From an uncultured Nitrososphaerota archaeon (GTDB taxonomy: Archaea; Thermoproteota; Nitrososphaeria; Nitrososphaerales; Gagatemarchaeaceae): DNA of 64,000 bases. The notes below the pieces were generated by a model. The model was not told the origin of the DNA and ran no database searches. It saw nothing but the letters and a program-made list of their open reading frames with translations. The number at the start of each line of letters is the position of its first letter. Position 1 is the first letter of the stretch. The stretch spans positions 992,001 to 1,056,000 of the forward strand of contig CAVRAG010000008.1 of NCBI GenBank assembly GCA_963718895.1. The letters are read 5' to 3'. The translations under genes were made by a program, and so were the position numbers. This document shows, piece by piece, positions 62,701 to 64,000 of this stretch.

Positions 62701-63232
62701 TTAGTATGGGCTCTTCAGAATCGCCAAGACTTGTTCCAGTTCGCGGGGCTCTCGAAAGCCAAGGTCCAATGCCGAATGATTCTTGAACTGAATCGCTACG
62801 CTGGCAATGGTCTTCTTCTCCGTCACCAGAAGGCCTCCGCGGAAAGGTGAAAGCGAAATCATCAGCGGGACATTTGGCCTCGGATCTACATGGGTCACAA
62901 TCAAGTCCTCGGACCTCTTGCTCCCGGCACTAGCGAATGAGACTAGGAGGAAACCCCCTTCATCTCTGAAGTCCTTGTAGCTGACAACGAGAGGCCGAAC
63001 CCTAAAGGTCGCTAGCCGCACTGAGGCTATGGCAAGTATCGAGATGACAAACGCCAACACGGAGACATAGAAGACCGTGAATGCCTCACCCTCTGGGCTG
63101 AGGGCCAAGAAAGGAGCAGATGCGAACGCAACCAAGACCGAGACACAGAGGGCAACAGTCGGGGTCAGTAACTTGACATTCCGGAATCCTATCCTTTCTG
63201 TCCCAAGAGCTTCGAACGAACCCGACTTCATG
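62701..63232 (-). CDS. Hypothetical membrane protein (two TM plus soluble domain)
   Basis: MKSGSF start 22 nt after the upstream stop; two hydrophobic helices; lower GC. Confidence 0.5.
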
Positions 63233-63254
63233 ACAAGACCAGAGCTCGCTCTTC

Positions 63255-63587
63255 CTAGTAGCCACCCGCTTGATAGGTGTTCCAGCTGTTCTGTGCTTCT
63301 CCCAGAAACTCGCCTATCTCCCCACCAGCCACCGCACTTCCTAGCCCCGAAGCAACCCATTGGGAGGCTCCGCCAGTGAGAACGTCAGTTGCACCCCAAG
63401 CGACGCCTTCCGCAGCCAGTACCACGCCTTGCGCGAGGGTTAGTGAATCTATGAAGGTTGAGATACCAGCGCTTTCGACTTGGACGAGAGCTGCGGCTAT
63501 AGCGTAGGTCTGACCTTGGGCAACCGCGTTTGCAAGGTCTGCCTTCGCGTTCGGATCGGAGAGGTAATCATTAAGCGCCTCAATCAT
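63255..63587 (-). CDS. Hypothetical Gly/Ala-rich protein or C-terminal fragment
   Basis: GLGSAVAGGEIG glycine-zipper-like segment. Confidence 0.45.
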   Translation of the reverse strand: MIEALNDYLSDPNAKADLANAVAQGQTYAIAAALVQVESAGISTFIDSLTLAQGVVLAAEGVAWGATDVLTGGASQWVASGLGSAVAGGEIGEFLGEAQNSWNTYQAGGY

Positions 63588-63780
63588 TGTAAGGGTCAGC
63601 CTATCTCTGAAGGTAAACAGAAGTGGGTCAATACCGTAGGCAGGCTTGAGCCAGAAGAGTGAAGAAGGCTATGCGGTTTATGAGGTTACGTCCGAGTAGC
63701 AAGAAATGTCTGTTATTCTGTCAAAATCGTACATTATCTATCTGTGAAATCTCTTTATGTCTACATCATCAGAATCATGT

Positions 63781-64000
63781 ATGATAAACAAGGATCGAAC
63801 AGTGAAGGTCACAGTCCCTCTGACCCTCGCAGTGAGCATGACGATCTTAGTTATGGCGCTCGTCGTATATGCCAACGCGATGGCTTCAACAGTGCCGACA
63901 GAGACTCTGAACTCCACGACTACCCAGGCTCCAAATGTGCTTAGCATTGGGGAAAATGAACCGCCCGGCTGCTACACCGGATCTTTAGATCCCTTCACAA
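63781..64000 (+). CDS. Secreted or membrane-anchored protein, partial, runs off window end; absent from the ORF track
   Basis: Hand translation MINKDRTVKVTVPLTLAVSMTILVMALVVYANAMASTVPTETLNSTTTQAP...; TTTAT about 25 nt upstream. Confidence 0.6.
   Translation, partial: MINKDRTVKVTVPLTLAVSMTILVMALVVYANAMASTVPTETLNSTTTQAPNVLSIGENEPPGCYTGSLDPFT

Noticed and set aside
63738-63947. Track ORFs of 69 aa (minus) and 66 aa (plus)
   Set aside because: Better explained by the open plus-strand frame from 63781 with a signal peptide

Overview
GC-rich archaeal chromosome segment. Evidence: the archaeal uL3-uL4-uL23-uL2-uS19 cluster, TATA boxes about 25 nt upstream of often leaderless starts, and BHB-type tRNA introns. 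The gene content suggests a heterotrophic Nitrososphaerota/Thaumarchaeota-like lineage (inference). Respiratory and metabolic content: sdhACDB, a Rieske/cytochrome b complex, enoyl-CoA hydratase and CoA transferase, class II HMG-CoA reductase, agmatine deiminase pathway, three ABC exporters and two paralogous Tat-exported flavoproteins. A large branched-chain amino acid cluster (ilvBN-leuACDB-ilvE-lpdA-lipB) is divergent from regulator-lipA-E1a-E1b-E2. Many single-base frameshifts at 0-8.4 kb and 44-59 kb look like assembly errors. Two observations stand out. (1) An unannotated 21-aa Leu/Ile/Val-rich leader peptide followed by mutually exclusive hairpins precedes ilvB, a candidate ribosome-mediated attenuator in an archaeon. 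(2) Three tRNA genes carry at least eight introns, mostly non-canonical, including a 52-nt D-loop insert that does not fit a single BHB intron and may be nested.
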